From: Flavobacteriales bacterium
GTDB taxonomy: Bacteria; Bacteroidota; Bacteroidia; M30B66
DNA: 64,000 nt
Assembly: GCA_046294625.1 (NCBI GenBank)
Contig: JBKBKN010000001.1
Location: 151,686 to 215,685 of the forward strand
Reading direction: 5' to 3'
Under the pieces are notes generated by a model. It ran no database searches, was not told the DNA's origin, and saw only the letters and a list, made by a program, of their open reading frames with translations. This document shows positions 19,345-29,814 of this stretch, one piece after another. The first letter of the stretch is position 1. Each line of letters begins with the position of its first letter. Both the position numbers and the translations under genes were made by a program.

Positions 19345-20325
19345 ATGACATTCATCAGATACATCTTTTGGTTGCTAATACCGGCTTTTGCATCTTCTCA
19401 GAATTTATTTCCTGTTTACATCGATGGCGGTTATGGTTACATAGACCGAGAAGGTACAATTAAACTTGGAGGTAGTTTTTCATATGTCGGCTTATTTGAA
19501 AATGGTTTTGCAGTTGTTGCACCGAAGTCTCAGGGCGCTCTGAGTATGGCATCACGGGGCATTATTGATGAAAGCGGCAAATGGGTGGTGGAGCCTATTT
19601 ACACTCAGGCAAGAAATTTTTCTGAAGGCATGGCGGCTGTGATGCGCAATGGTAAATGGGGTTTTGTGAATGAGTCAGGCATTGAAGTAATCATTCCACA
19701 ATACAAAAAAGTAGGTGATTTCAAAAACGGACTTGCCTGGGTCGATAACAAAGGCTATGTTGGATTTATCAATAACAATGGCGATTTTGTAGTCAATCCG
19801 ATATATTACGATGCCAAAGATTTTTCAGGTGAATTTGCTTTAGTTAGAAACAAAACGGATTGGGGCATCGTCAATAGCAGTGGCAAAGAGGTAATCACAC
19901 CGCAGTATTACGATGTTATGCAGATAAGCGATGGTCATTTTTGCGCGAGTTTAACGTCAAAAAATCGTTATGCTTACTTTAACCTGGATGGAAAAATGAT
20001 TACACGCCCCGAATTTGAAGATTGCAAAGTGTTTAGTGATGAAAGAGCAGCAGTTAAAATCGCCGGACTTTGGGGTTATATCGATAAAACCGGCAGCACG
20101 GTGATTCCAAATATTTATGCCAAAGCAGATGATTTTTCTGAAGGCTTAGCCGGGGTAAAGCAACAAGCTAAATGGGGCTTTATCAATACGGATGGTAAAG
20201 TTCAAATCGACGCCATTTATGACTCCGTTGAACCCTTTCGTAATGGATTGGCTTTCGTTAAATTGAACGGTGTTTATTGTTATATCGACAAAAACGGTAA
20301 AATTGTCTATCGCGAAGGAAAATAA
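19345..20325 (+). CDS. WG (KWG) repeat-containing secreted protein
   Basis: About 8 repeats of the type 'NGKWGFVNESGIEVIIPQYKKVGDFKNGLAWV'. Signal peptide 'MTFIRYIFWLLIPAFASSQ'. Confidence 0.7.
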   Translation: MTFIRYIFWLLIPAFASSQNLFPVYIDGGYGYIDREGTIKLGGSFSYVGLFENGFAVVAPKSQGALSMASRGIIDESGKWVVEPIYTQARNFSEGMAAVMRNGKWGFVNESGIEVIIPQYKKVGDFKNGLAWVDNKGYVGFINNNGDFVVNPIYYDAKDFSGEFALVRNKTDWGIVNSSGKEVITPQYYDVMQISDGHFCASLTSKNRYAYFNLDGKMITRPEFEDCKVFSDERAAVKIAGLWGYIDKTGSTVIPNIYAKADDFSEGLAGVKQQAKWGFINTDGKVQIDAIYDSVEPFRNGLAFVKLNGVYCYIDKNGKIVYREGK

Positions 20326-20429
20326 ATTGGTGGAATTTAGTTTTAGGATTGCTTTGTCAAATTATGCGGGTATATCAACGATTTGAGCATCGAGCATAAA
20401 CAATTCCTATTTTTGAAAGTTAGTTAGCC

Positions 20430-20861
20430 GTGGAAAATCCAATAGACAAAGACAAAATCACCGAAACCCCTTCCATTTTGCCTTATGCGCACACGGTAGG
20501 AGGGGCTGTGATCAGGCCAGATGATCTTGGTAAAATTAAAAGCAATGCCTTACTTGCCATGGAGCAGCAAACCAATATGCAGCTTGGGCAGATTCAAGAG
20601 CAAATCAATCTGCTCTATCAACAGGCTATGGCGATAAAAGAGCGTTCAGAACTATCAATAAAAATTTATCAGGCACATATGGGCTTTGACCCAATAGTTG
20701 GGCATCAATATCATCTTTACGAAAAAGAAGATGGCAGTCATTTCTTATCCATGATAGGACCAAAGGAGTGGGGGAGAAGCAAAAAAATTGAAAAGCACCT
20801 CGCTCACGTTCGTCTGCTTGCCGATCATACCTGGGAAGTAATTGACGACGGTACAAAATAA
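20430..20861 (+). CDS. Hypothetical protein (143 aa)
   Basis: Intact ORF with good coding character. No motif recognised. Confidence 0.45.
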   Translation: MENPIDKDKITETPSILPYAHTVGGAVIRPDDLGKIKSNALLAMEQQTNMQLGQIQEQINLLYQQAMAIKERSELSIKIYQAHMGFDPIVGHQYHLYEKEDGSHFLSMIGPKEWGRSKKIEKHLAHVRLLADHTWEVIDDGTK

Positions 20862-20983
20862 TTTGTTGAAAAGACTGTTTAATTTTAAAGCAATTTTTAA
20901 TTCAGAACTCAAGCTTTTACAATAGGTTTGAGTTTTCGTATTAATGATGCTCCGCATCAAATTAACTTGTCTATTTCTGTTTC

Positions 20984-22540
20984 ATGTCCGTGCTTAAGCC
21001 AATCATATATTCTTGCCATTTGAGATTATTCTCACAGAGACTCATCGTCTTGTCATTATTCCTGACCGCATTGCTACAAGTCAATGCACAACCACAAAGA
21101 GACACTGCCGTTGTGATTCTGCGCGACGACCCCATTGCAGCTATGCTTGACAGTTTGGCTTATGTGAAACTGTTTCAGCCGGCGCGAATGGCAGGCGAAA
21201 TGAAAGGCATCAATCTGAGTGGTTTACCATCTGATTCTGTTCCAATTTTCGATTCGAAAGTGATTGCAGACCGTATTGCGAAATTAGATGCCATCTCTCC
21301 ATTTAAAATGGTTTATAATGCGGAGGTGAAGGCATACATTGATATGTATGCCAATCGCAAACGCAATTTGGTCTCCCGCATGATGGGTCTTAGTTATTTA
21401 TATTTCCCCATGTTCGAAGAGTTGCTGGCGAAGCACAAAATGCCACTTGAACTCAAATATTTGGCAATAGTGGAATCTGCGCTGAATCCAAACGCTCGGT
21501 CAAGAGCCGGTGCAGTTGGCTTGTGGCAATTTATGTATGGTACAGGAAAGCTTTTTAATCTCAATGTAAACTCTTATATCGACGAACGCTCCGACCCTTA
21601 TAAATCGACCGAGGCGGCATGTTTATACTTGAAATATCTCTATTCTATTTACAAAGACTGGTCATTGGCATTAGCAGCTTACAACAGCGGGCCAGGAAAT
21701 GTAAATAAAGCAATACGTCGTTCAGGAGGAAAAACAAGCTATTGGGAACTTCGGCCATATCTGCCTAAAGAAACTGCCGGTTATGTGCCCGCATTTATCG
21801 CAGCGAGTTATGTAATGCACTATGCTAAAGAGCATAATCTTTATCCAATCATGCCGCGAAGCACCTTCTTTGATGTGGATACGGTGCACGTGCGCGACCG
21901 AATCACATTTGCGCAACTGTCTTCTGCACTTGATATGCCTTTGGAAGATATTCAGTTTCTCAACCCTTCTTATTTATTGAAAGAAATACCTAAGGCAGAA
22001 ACCTTTCATATTCTCACATTGCCTAAAGATAAAATTGCATTATTTGTCAATAATGAATCTTCGATGAAGGCCTATGTACCACCTCCGGCTTTTGTAGATA
22101 GCTTAGCCACCATAACTGCAGCTGTGGAAGCCGAACGCAAAACACATGTGGTGAAGTCGGGTGAAAATATTCAAAGTATTGCTCGTCGATATCGTGTTAC
22201 CGTAACCGACTTGAAAAAATGGAATAACCTAAAAACCACTTCGCTTCGAAAAGGGCAAAGAATAATTGTAAATTCACCTTACAAAGCTCCTGTTGCAAGT
22301 GGTCAGCCCAAATCCTCGTCAGGGGCTCCTGCTACTTCTACTGAAAAACAAACCACCGAAGCTGCAAAACCTGCACCTAAGACCGAAGCAAACATTGGCA
22401 CTTATACAGTAAAAGCCGGAGACACCATGTGGAAAGTAGCGACCAAATACGGCATGACTGTGCCTGAGCTCAAAGAGTTGAATAAAATGACTTCCAACAA
22501 CCTTCAAGTTGGTCAGAAACTGAAGGTGAAACTCAATTAA
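20984..22540 (+). CDS. Membrane-bound lytic murein transglycosylase D-like protein: SLT domain plus two C-terminal LysM domains
   Basis: SLT catalytic region 'ESALNPNARSRAGAVGLWQFMYGTG'. LysM units 'HVVKSGENIQSIARRYRVTVTDLKKWNNL' and 'YTVKAGDTMWKVATKYGMTVPELKELN'. Confidence 0.85.
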   Translation: MSVLKPIIYSCHLRLFSQRLIVLSLFLTALLQVNAQPQRDTAVVILRDDPIAAMLDSLAYVKLFQPARMAGEMKGINLSGLPSDSVPIFDSKVIADRIAKLDAISPFKMVYNAEVKAYIDMYANRKRNLVSRMMGLSYLYFPMFEELLAKHKMPLELKYLAIVESALNPNARSRAGAVGLWQFMYGTGKLFNLNVNSYIDERSDPYKSTEAACLYLKYLYSIYKDWSLALAAYNSGPGNVNKAIRRSGGKTSYWELRPYLPKETAGYVPAFIAASYVMHYAKEHNLYPIMPRSTFFDVDTVHVRDRITFAQLSSALDMPLEDIQFLNPSYLLKEIPKAETFHILTLPKDKIALFVNNESSMKAYVPPPAFVDSLATITAAVEAERKTHVVKSGENIQSIARRYRVTVTDLKKWNNLKTTSLRKGQRIIVNSPYKAPVASGQPKSSSGAPATSTEKQTTEAAKPAPKTEANIGTYTVKAGDTMWKVATKYGMTVPELKELNKMTSNNLQVGQKLKVKLN

Positions 22541-22545
22541 TCCGT

Positions 22546-25500
22546 TCAGCGGTTTACTACAAATCGAGCTGCCGATTTCTTCCCATTTGATTGTTCATGA
22601 AGGATGAGGTATAAACCTGTCGAGAATTGTTGCAGCTCTATTGTTGTTTGTGTCTGTGTTAAGATTTGCTGATGCAATAAGCGACCATCCGATGCAAATA
22701 TGTTGATGACTCCACCTTCATCTGCTCCAATTCGAATATGCACTAAATCTTTTGCAGGATTTGGAAAAACAGACATCATGTCCGAGTGCAAAGTTAATTC
22801 ATGCACACTCACCATGTCGAACGTGGACAAGGGTGGGAGTTCTACATCATCGATCCATGCGGCATCCATGTTCAGCGCAATGATTTCATCTTTCACATAT
22901 TCCCAACGGAGTTGATGTGTGCCCGTTTGAACCGGATAGCTAAATCTTTGCCAATCCAATTCGCCCGACCATTGCCCAACCAATTGGTTATTGATATAAA
23001 ATCTAAGAAAATCGTAGCTATCTTCAGTAGAAACTTTTCTGTAAAACCGCACACTATCAGCTTCGGGCGTGTAGAAAGTTAAATAAAGAACAGAGCTTTG
23101 ATTGTCACCGACATTGCCTGAGCGGAAACTGTATTCGCCTTGAAAAGAGATGGAATTGTCGGCAAACCAGGGGTTAGTATCGCTTACCCAAGGCCAATAG
23201 CTCAGATCGCCAGATTCGGCATCGTCTTGCATAATGCCAATTCTCAAAGGGTGCGATGCCTGAGTGGCATATCCAATTGCATTGATTTGTGATTGTAAGT
23301 TTATAGTCGTGCCTAAGGGTGTTTGCGGGTTAATTATAATCTCCATAACGAATTCTTTCACTTCACCCGGTTGAAAGGGAGTGGTATTCAGTTCGCCTAG
23401 GTTGGTGCTGAGTAAATTACTAAAGAAACTTAGTGAGAAAATGCCACTTCCTGATGTGCTGTTACCAATATTTTTTACTTGATAGCTAGCTAGTATGGTT
23501 TCACCTGGTTCTGGGTTATTATTGTTATTGCCCAATAATTCTGTAATTGTCATCGATTGAATTTCAAATACCGGTGCATGCAGAGTGATAGTTCTGTTTA
23601 TAGTCCATTCGCGCTGTTCATTATCGATAAATCGGAATGTTAAAACCACCGTTTCTTGATCATTGATCAGGTCATTGATCTTGATGTTAAAGGCATTGTT
23701 TGTATGAAATGTTTCGCCTGCCTGCATGCTGCCAATGGGCACTTCTGTGCTTAGATTAATAGCATTTCCGGCAACAGATATCAGATAGCCATTGAGTTGT
23801 GAAGCTTGGCTCGAACCAATATTGGAGATGCTCAGGTTTAAATATATTTCTTCACTGTAGTCGGCCAAACCGTTTTGATTGCCATTTGCATCGTTGATCG
23901 AAAAGTCTGAAATGATAATAAAAGGTTGCTCCCCAATCATAATGTTTATTGCTCCCTGATAGGGAATGTGATTAAAAGCTGTGGCAGTTACCGTGATGGG
24001 TTCGGGACTTTGCAGGTATAAATTGCTAAAATTCACCACTCCATCTATTGCAAAACCTCTCGCTAAGATTTCACCATTTTGAACGAGACATATAAAGGCA
24101 TTTTCTACTGAAACAGTAACTGAAATTTCTGTCTGATGGATAAATATTGCGCCGGGGTGTGCCACTGTCATATTTTGAGGGTTAGCGGTGCGCACCATCA
24201 GCGATGGGTCACCGAACAGATGCCATGTTTCAGTCATATCGTATCCTGCCTGTCCATACAGGTCATTCATTTTCATGCATCCATTCACGCTAAGGCCACC
24301 ATAGGTGCGTTTGGCAGTGAAAGGATTAGGGTCAGTGAGCAAATTCACCATTTCATCTTGTGCGGCCATAGGCGGATTCCAGTACTGGTTGACTGAACTC
24401 ATAAATGCACCAATGGCTCCTGTGGCCTGTCCGTTTCGTGTCGCACGTAGCCAACGTTCGCCGAAGCAAGTGCGGTTGGCAAAGTCACCGTTAACACATG
24501 CTACAGACCAGATAAAAGGGAGTTTCCCCTGATTTTCAAGGCCAGCTATGTCATTATTGTTAAAGCCCGAAGTTGCCCAACCTTCTTCCCAGCCATGACC
24601 GGTGTAATTAATGATGCCCGCACCTTGATTGAGCGCATTGGTTACCATGCCTGCTGTTGGATTGCCGGGAGCATCGAAGCCACCTTGTGAACCCTCATAA
24701 AATTCAAAAGCCTGTGTGTAGGTAAAATTCATTAATTGCTGGCGAATTAATTGCTGGTGTTCGTGGTCATATTCTCCATTGTCGCCGGGACCTTCTTCAG
24801 AAGCAATTTGCATGCAAGTGCTCAGGAAATCAAATTGCATATTGGTCGCTTTTTCATAGTCAATAAAACGTCGGACTTGGGTTTCAACATGGGCTGCCGA
24901 TTCAGCCGATATTCGTCCCACTATGATTTCAGGATAAGCATCATCGCCAAGAATGAAACCATATTTAGGGTCGGCCGCACTGCCCATACTTTGAAGTGAT
25001 GGTATTTGCGGATGATCGCCCACCAGCAATACGAAGGTGAGACCATCGGAGAAGAATTTGTTTCGGATATAGTCTTTAATGGCAGCGGCATTATTGCCAC
25101 CTGCTTCGGCCACGCTCACCACCTGAACTTGCATGCCGCTTTGCTTTTTCCATTGTACAAACTCGTCGAGCAAGGGGATAAATGGTTGATGGCTAATAAT
25201 CAGCATATCGCCACGTTCCGATAGGGGAGTGTACAAGGCAGAACTGTAATTAATAAAATGGTTACGATAAGCATTGGCAAATTCCATGTTGGGTTTGGCC
25301 AAAAAAGCATTTCGTTGCAAAGGATTAATGCCTTCAAATGCGGATTGTTTGTCTATTTCGATTACCATTCGCTTGCAGATACGCAGCAATTTGCTTACTG
25401 GATTGTATTGAAAGGGATAGACCAACAAATTTTGTCCTCGAAAGTCTCGAAAAATATAAGGCTGTTTAATTTCTGCAGCTTGCTCTGGAAAGAAATTATT

Positions 25501-25905
25501 TTGATGATAGATCGCTCCTTTAATCCTAGCAATATCTGCCGGATGCTTATCTCTCGTGAAGTTTCCTTTCGACGCGGCAATGTCAATATTACTGATTAAT
25601 TGCTCATCAAAATCCTGAATAACTGTTGTAATGATTGGAGCTCCAAAATCGGGGATGATATAGGACTTTGCATAGTAAGGTAGCTCGGGTGCTCCTTTTT
25701 GCATTAATTTACCACTTCCCTGTGCATGAATCAACGTTTGCCCATTTTCGATCTGTGATAATGAATAATCACCTAAAATAAATTCAATAGTGATTTTTTC
25801 TGATGACTCATCAAGAAAACGAAAAGCAGACTCTTGTTGAGCCATTGAAGGATAGGCGAAGCATAGCAAGCAAAGCGCGAGCAAGCGAAAGGAAAAATGT
25901 GCCAT
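22546..25905 (-). CDS. Peptidase C25 (gingipain) family protein with a T9SS type-A C-terminal sorting domain, PorU-like in size
   Basis: Catalytic-dyad context 'YTGHGWEEGWATSG' (His) and 'FIWSVACVNGDF' (Cys). C-terminus 'FPNPAKDLVHIRIG...GLYLILHEQSNGKKSAARFVV' matches the sorting domain. Start taken at the internal Met before the signal peptide 'MAHFSFRLLALCLLCFAYPSMAQ'. Confidence 0.85.
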   Translation of the reverse strand: MAHFSFRLLALCLLCFAYPSMAQQESAFRFLDESSEKITIEFILGDYSLSQIENGQTLIHAQGSGKLMQKGAPELPYYAKSYIIPDFGAPIITTVIQDFDEQLISNIDIAASKGNFTRDKHPADIARIKGAIYHQNNFFPEQAAEIKQPYIFRDFRGQNLLVYPFQYNPVSKLLRICKRMVIEIDKQSAFEGINPLQRNAFLAKPNMEFANAYRNHFINYSSALYTPLSERGDMLIISHQPFIPLLDEFVQWKKQSGMQVQVVSVAEAGGNNAAAIKDYIRNKFFSDGLTFVLLVGDHPQIPSLQSMGSAADPKYGFILGDDAYPEIIVGRISAESAAHVETQVRRFIDYEKATNMQFDFLSTCMQIASEEGPGDNGEYDHEHQQLIRQQLMNFTYTQAFEFYEGSQGGFDAPGNPTAGMVTNALNQGAGIINYTGHGWEEGWATSGFNNNDIAGLENQGKLPFIWSVACVNGDFANRTCFGERWLRATRNGQATGAIGAFMSSVNQYWNPPMAAQDEMVNLLTDPNPFTAKRTYGGLSVNGCMKMNDLYGQAGYDMTETWHLFGDPSLMVRTANPQNMTVAHPGAIFIHQTEISVTVSVENAFICLVQNGEILARGFAIDGVVNFSNLYLQSPEPITVTATAFNHIPYQGAINIMIGEQPFIIISDFSINDANGNQNGLADYSEEIYLNLSISNIGSSQASQLNGYLISVAGNAINLSTEVPIGSMQAGETFHTNNAFNIKINDLINDQETVVLTFRFIDNEQREWTINRTITLHAPVFEIQSMTITELLGNNNNNPEPGETILASYQVKNIGNSTSGSGIFSLSFFSNLLSTNLGELNTTPFQPGEVKEFVMEIIINPQTPLGTTINLQSQINAIGYATQASHPLRIGIMQDDAESGDLSYWPWVSDTNPWFADNSISFQGEYSFRSGNVGDNQSSVLYLTFYTPEADSVRFYRKVSTEDSYDFLRFYINNQLVGQWSGELDWQRFSYPVQTGTHQLRWEYVKDEIIALNMDAAWIDDVELPPLSTFDMVSVHELTLHSDMMSVFPNPAKDLVHIRIGADEGGVINIFASDGRLLHQQILTQTQTTIELQQFSTGLYLILHEQSNGKKSAARFVVNR

Positions 25906-25997
25906 AATGTGCTTATATGGAGTAAATATAAGCAAAATAAAAGTCACTAATATGCCTGAGCACGCAAGTTGAAAAATTAAGCGCTGAAAAGAATTGT

Positions 25998-26363
25998 TTA
26001 CTGAGTTACCACCACAGTTTTTGACACCGTTTCACCGGGCACTAATTTCACCAAATCTTGTCCTGTGCCGAAAATTGACGTTACTTCAATGTCGAGAATT
26101 GCAGGCAGTTTGAATGTAAACTCAGCCATGCCGGCTGCATCAGTGAGTTTAACAGCTGGCAGATAGCTGGGAAGTGTACCATTGATGGTGGCATAATTTG
26201 AAGTCACCTTAACATTGGCGCCAGACAGAGGGGTTCCATCTAGTCTTACCACACGAACCAAAAGTACGCAGGTTTCATCTTTCCTTTTGCAGGAAGTGAA
26301 TTGCGTGGAGAGCGTTGCCAAAATTGATACAAGTATAATGGACTTCAAGGCGATTGACTTCAT
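25998..26363 (-). CDS. Hypothetical lipoprotein, possibly with a carboxypeptidase-regulatory-like beta-sandwich fold
   Basis: Signal plus lipobox 'MKSIALKSIILVSILATLSTQFTSC'. Segment 'VVRLDGTPLSGANVKVTSNY'. Confidence 0.4.
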   Translation of the reverse strand: MKSIALKSIILVSILATLSTQFTSCKRKDETCVLLVRVVRLDGTPLSGANVKVTSNYATINGTLPSYLPAVKLTDAAGMAEFTFKLPAILDIEVTSIFGTGQDLVKLVPGETVSKTVVVTQ

Positions 26364-26572
26364 AATATTCATTGAAACGTTCAAAAATAATGAATTATTG
26401 AAAACATGCACAAACACTTTCATTTTTTGATTACATGCTTTACTCACTTGCTTTACGTGAATTGGAGCAAGGGGTTGCAAGCCGGAAATAAATCAACTAA
26501 ACAAACTCTTTGGTTTGTTTTTTGTAGTTTAGCAAAAGAACATTGAGTATTTTCAAAAAAGAATCAAACATC

Positions 26573-27202
26573 ATGTACACAAAAATATTTTCAATCGTAG
26601 TTTTCTTTGTTTTTATCTTTTCAGCATCAGCACAAAATCGTACCAAAGTGGTTATAGATACACAAATTGGAGATATTGAGCTTGAATTATATGATGAAAC
26701 ACCGATACATCGGGATAATTTTATCCAATTAGTGGAGTCGGGCATGTTGAATGGTTCATCGTTCCATCGGGTGATTAAATATTTCATGATTCAAGGAGGG
26801 AGGCCGCTGTTGAATTATGATTCAACCCGAACACTTTCAGCGGAGATTTTACCTCAGTTTTATCATAAAAAAGGAGCTCTGGCAGCGGCGCGACTTCCCG
26901 ATCATGTCAATCCGGAGAAACGTTCATCGGCTTTCGAGTTTTACATAGTGCACGGCATCAAAGTAAGCCCGGAAGAATTGGCTGCTATGGAAAAGCGAAG
27001 CAAGTTTAATTATACAAGCGACATGATTCGTCATTACAGCAAAACGGGTGGAACCCCTGCTTTAGACGGACAGTATACGGTTTTTGGCGAAGTGGTGAAA
27101 GGAATGGAAATCGTAGATGCTATTGCCAACACAAAAGTGAATCAGGAAACCAAAAAGCCAATGAAAGATATTACTTTTACGGCTCGTATTGTAATGCCCT
27201 AA
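26573..27202 (+). CDS. Cyclophilin-type peptidyl-prolyl cis-trans isomerase, secreted
   Basis: 'FHRVIKYFMIQGG' and 'GQYTVFGEVVKGMEIVDAI'. N-terminal signal peptide. Confidence 0.85.
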   Translation: MYTKIFSIVVFFVFIFSASAQNRTKVVIDTQIGDIELELYDETPIHRDNFIQLVESGMLNGSSFHRVIKYFMIQGGRPLLNYDSTRTLSAEILPQFYHKKGALAAARLPDHVNPEKRSSAFEFYIVHGIKVSPEELAAMEKRSKFNYTSDMIRHYSKTGGTPALDGQYTVFGEVVKGMEIVDAIANTKVNQETKKPMKDITFTARIVMP

Positions 27203-27207
27203 GTCTG

Positions 27208-28233
27208 ATGCTTGAAATTATTGGAAAGTTAAAAAACGAAGTAGAAAACGCCATCATAGACTCATCGGAAGCTGCTGAATCATTCCGTCTCAAATACCTA
27301 AGTAAAAAAGGTGCTATCAGCGTACTTTTTGATGATTTTAAAGCGCTTGATGGGGATGCCAAACGCAGTGTGGGTAAGCCGCTCAACGAGCTTAAACAAT
27401 TGGCAACAGCCAAATGGGCCGAGTCGAAAGACAAGGTTTCAGCTAATGGTGAAGTAAAATCATCAATGCAATCAGATAAAACAGTTCCAGGTTTCCCACT
27501 GTCCACAGGGGCGCGTCACCCGCTATCAGTGGTGAAAAACGAAATAGTGGAGATTTTTGCCCGCATGGGGTTCACGCTATCGGAAGGCCCCGAAATTGAA
27601 GACGACTGGCATAATTTTACTGCCTTGAATTTTCCACAGGAGCATCCGGCGAGAGATATGCAGGACACTTTCTTTATCGAAAGTAATCCGGAAATTTTGC
27701 TTCGCACACACACCTCCACCGTGCAGGTGCGTGTGTTAGAAAAATCACAGCCGCCTATTCGCACCATTTCGCCTGGTAGAGTATTTCGTAATGAAGCCAT
27801 TTCGGCACGTGCACATTGCATTTTTCATCAAGTGGAAGCCATGTATGTGGACAAGAATGTTTCTTTTGCAGATTTGAAGCACACTATATTGAGCTTCGCA
27901 CAGGAAATGTTTGGCTCAAAAACGCAAATTCGCCTGCGCCCAAGCTATTTTCCTTTTACTGAACCTTCTGCCGAAGTAGATATTTCATGCACCGTATGCG
28001 GTGGAAGCGGTTGCAATATTTGCAAGCATACCGGTTGGGTAGAAATTATGGGTTGTGGCATGTTTGATCCCAATGTGCTTGAAAATTGCGGAATAGATCC
28101 GGAAACATACTCAGGTTTTGCCATGGGCATGGGTATAGAAAGAATCACCATGCTCCGTTATCAGATTAAAGATCTTCGTCTGTTTTTCCAAAACGATGTG
28201 AGATTTATACAGCAATTCAGCGCTGCCTGGTGA
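27208..28233 (+). CDS. pheS: Phenylalanyl-tRNA synthetase alpha subunit
   Basis: Class II motifs 'HPARDMQDTFF', 'LLRTHTSTVQVR', 'FRNEAISARAHCIFHQVE' and 'GFAMGMGIERITML'. Confidence 0.95.
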   Translation: MLEIIGKLKNEVENAIIDSSEAAESFRLKYLSKKGAISVLFDDFKALDGDAKRSVGKPLNELKQLATAKWAESKDKVSANGEVKSSMQSDKTVPGFPLSTGARHPLSVVKNEIVEIFARMGFTLSEGPEIEDDWHNFTALNFPQEHPARDMQDTFFIESNPEILLRTHTSTVQVRVLEKSQPPIRTISPGRVFRNEAISARAHCIFHQVEAMYVDKNVSFADLKHTILSFAQEMFGSKTQIRLRPSYFPFTEPSAEVDISCTVCGGSGCNICKHTGWVEIMGCGMFDPNVLENCGIDPETYSGFAMGMGIERITMLRYQIKDLRLFFQNDVRFIQQFSAAW

Positions 28234-28234
28234 T

Positions 28235-28738
28235 TTAGGCAAAACTCATTAGCAACTGGTTTTTTTCTACAGCTTGGCCTTGTGTTACATGGATTTTTGA
28301 TACCGTAACATTTTCCGGGGCTTTGATTACATTCTCCATTTTCATGGCTTCGAGCACAAGTAGCGCATCGCCTTTTTTCACCACATCGCCTTCCTGAGCA
28401 GAAAAGCGAAGCACCAAACCCGGCATGGGCGCCTTGATTTCGTTTACCTTTTTGCCGACATTCACATTAATACCCAAATTTTTCAGAAGCAGATCAAACT
28501 GATCTTCTAAGGTCAGTTCCACTGTTTTGCCATTGATTTGAATACGTGCAGATTTTTTGTTTTCCGACACTTCAAGCAAATGAATGATGATGGATTTGTG
28601 CTCATATAAAACATGGAATCGATCCTTGCCTGATTCAATAATATCAAGTGAATAGGGCTTGCCGTTTATAGTTCCATTGAGGCCGTCTTTGCCCGATTCC
28701 AGTTCAAAAATTTGATCTTTAATCTTCACTTTATTCAT
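28235..28738 (-). CDS. Biotin carboxyl carrier protein domain protein (biotin/lipoyl attachment)
   Basis: Biotinylation motif 'LLVLEAMKMENVIKAP' at the C-terminus. 167 aa. Confidence 0.8.
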   Translation of the reverse strand: MNKVKIKDQIFELESGKDGLNGTINGKPYSLDIIESGKDRFHVLYEHKSIIIHLLEVSENKKSARIQINGKTVELTLEDQFDLLLKNLGINVNVGKKVNEIKAPMPGLVLRFSAQEGDVVKKGDALLVLEAMKMENVIKAPENVTVSKIHVTQGQAVEKNQLLMSFA

Positions 28739-28835
28739 GCCACGAAATAAGCATATTTTTTTCGAATGTGATTCATTTGCTGCATCATTTCACCGCACAT
28801 GAAGATTAGCCTTAATTTAGCCCAAAAATATTTTT

Positions 28836-29801
28836 ATGATTGTGATCACTGGTGCAGCCGGTTTTATTGGCTCCTGTTTGGCCGCTTTTTTAAACGAGCA
28901 AGAATACAAGGATTTGGTTTTGGTTGATGATTTTTCACGCGAAGATAAACGCTGGAATTGGCAAACAAAGTCCTATACCAAGCTCGTGGACAGAAATGAT
29001 TTTCATACGTGGTTGGATGAAAATCACATGCTGGTGCAATTTATCTTTCACCTTGGCGCAAGAACCGATACCACAGAATTCCGAAAAGAAATTTTTGATA
29101 GCCTAAACGTGAGCTATTCGCAAAAAATATGGCAGCAATGCATTGCTTATGGTCTGCCCTTGGTCTACGCATCATCTGCAGCCACCTATGGTTTGGGTGA
29201 ATTGGGATATGATGATAACCACGAAGTGGTGAATCGTTTAAAGCCTTTAAATCCCTACGGCGACTCCAAAAATGATTTCGACAAGTGGGTATTGCAGCAG
29301 GAGCGTATTCCGTATTTTTGGGCCGGACTCAAGTTTTTCAACGTCTATGGGCCGAATGAGTATCACAAAGGAAGAATGGCTTCAGTAATTTTTCATTCAT
29401 TCAACCAAATCAAGGCAAGCGGAAAGGTTAAATTGTTTCGCTCGCATCGACCAGACTATAAGGATGGTGGACAAATGCGCGATTTTGTGTATGTAAAAGA
29501 TGTATTGAGTGTTTGCTTGTTTTTGATGGAAAACAGAAAACATTCCGGGCTTTACAATCTCGGAAGCGGCAAGGCAAGAACTTTCTACGATTTGGCTTCA
29601 GGCACTTTTCATGCTATGGGTTTAACGCCTGAAATCGAGTTTATTGATACCCCAGAAGATATCAGAGATAAATATCAGTATTTCACGGAGGCCAATATGG
29701 CTAAACTTAAATCAATCGGATATGCTAATGGTTTTCACAGTCTTGAAAATGGGATTGATGATTATGTAAAAAACTATCTCCTTCCTGGAGCATATTATTA
29801 G
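28836..29801 (+). CDS. hldD: ADP-L-glycero-D-manno-heptose-6-epimerase
   Basis: Rossmann 'MIVITGAAGFIGS', 'YASSAATYG' and catalytic 'YGDSK' hmm-style 'PYGDSKNDFD'. Length 321 aa. Confidence 0.85.
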   Translation: MIVITGAAGFIGSCLAAFLNEQEYKDLVLVDDFSREDKRWNWQTKSYTKLVDRNDFHTWLDENHMLVQFIFHLGARTDTTEFRKEIFDSLNVSYSQKIWQQCIAYGLPLVYASSAATYGLGELGYDDNHEVVNRLKPLNPYGDSKNDFDKWVLQQERIPYFWAGLKFFNVYGPNEYHKGRMASVIFHSFNQIKASGKVKLFRSHRPDYKDGGQMRDFVYVKDVLSVCLFLMENRKHSGLYNLGSGKARTFYDLASGTFHAMGLTPEIEFIDTPEDIRDKYQYFTEANMAKLKSIGYANGFHSLENGIDDYVKNYLLPGAYY

Positions 29802-29814
29802 CAAGGTTATATCT

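Noticed and set aside
22546-25947. Calling the C25 peptidase definitively PorU.
   Set aside because: Size and C25-plus-sorting-domain architecture fit, but the characteristic adjacent porV is absent, and many Bacteroidota encode additional C25 cargo proteases. Left as PorU-like.
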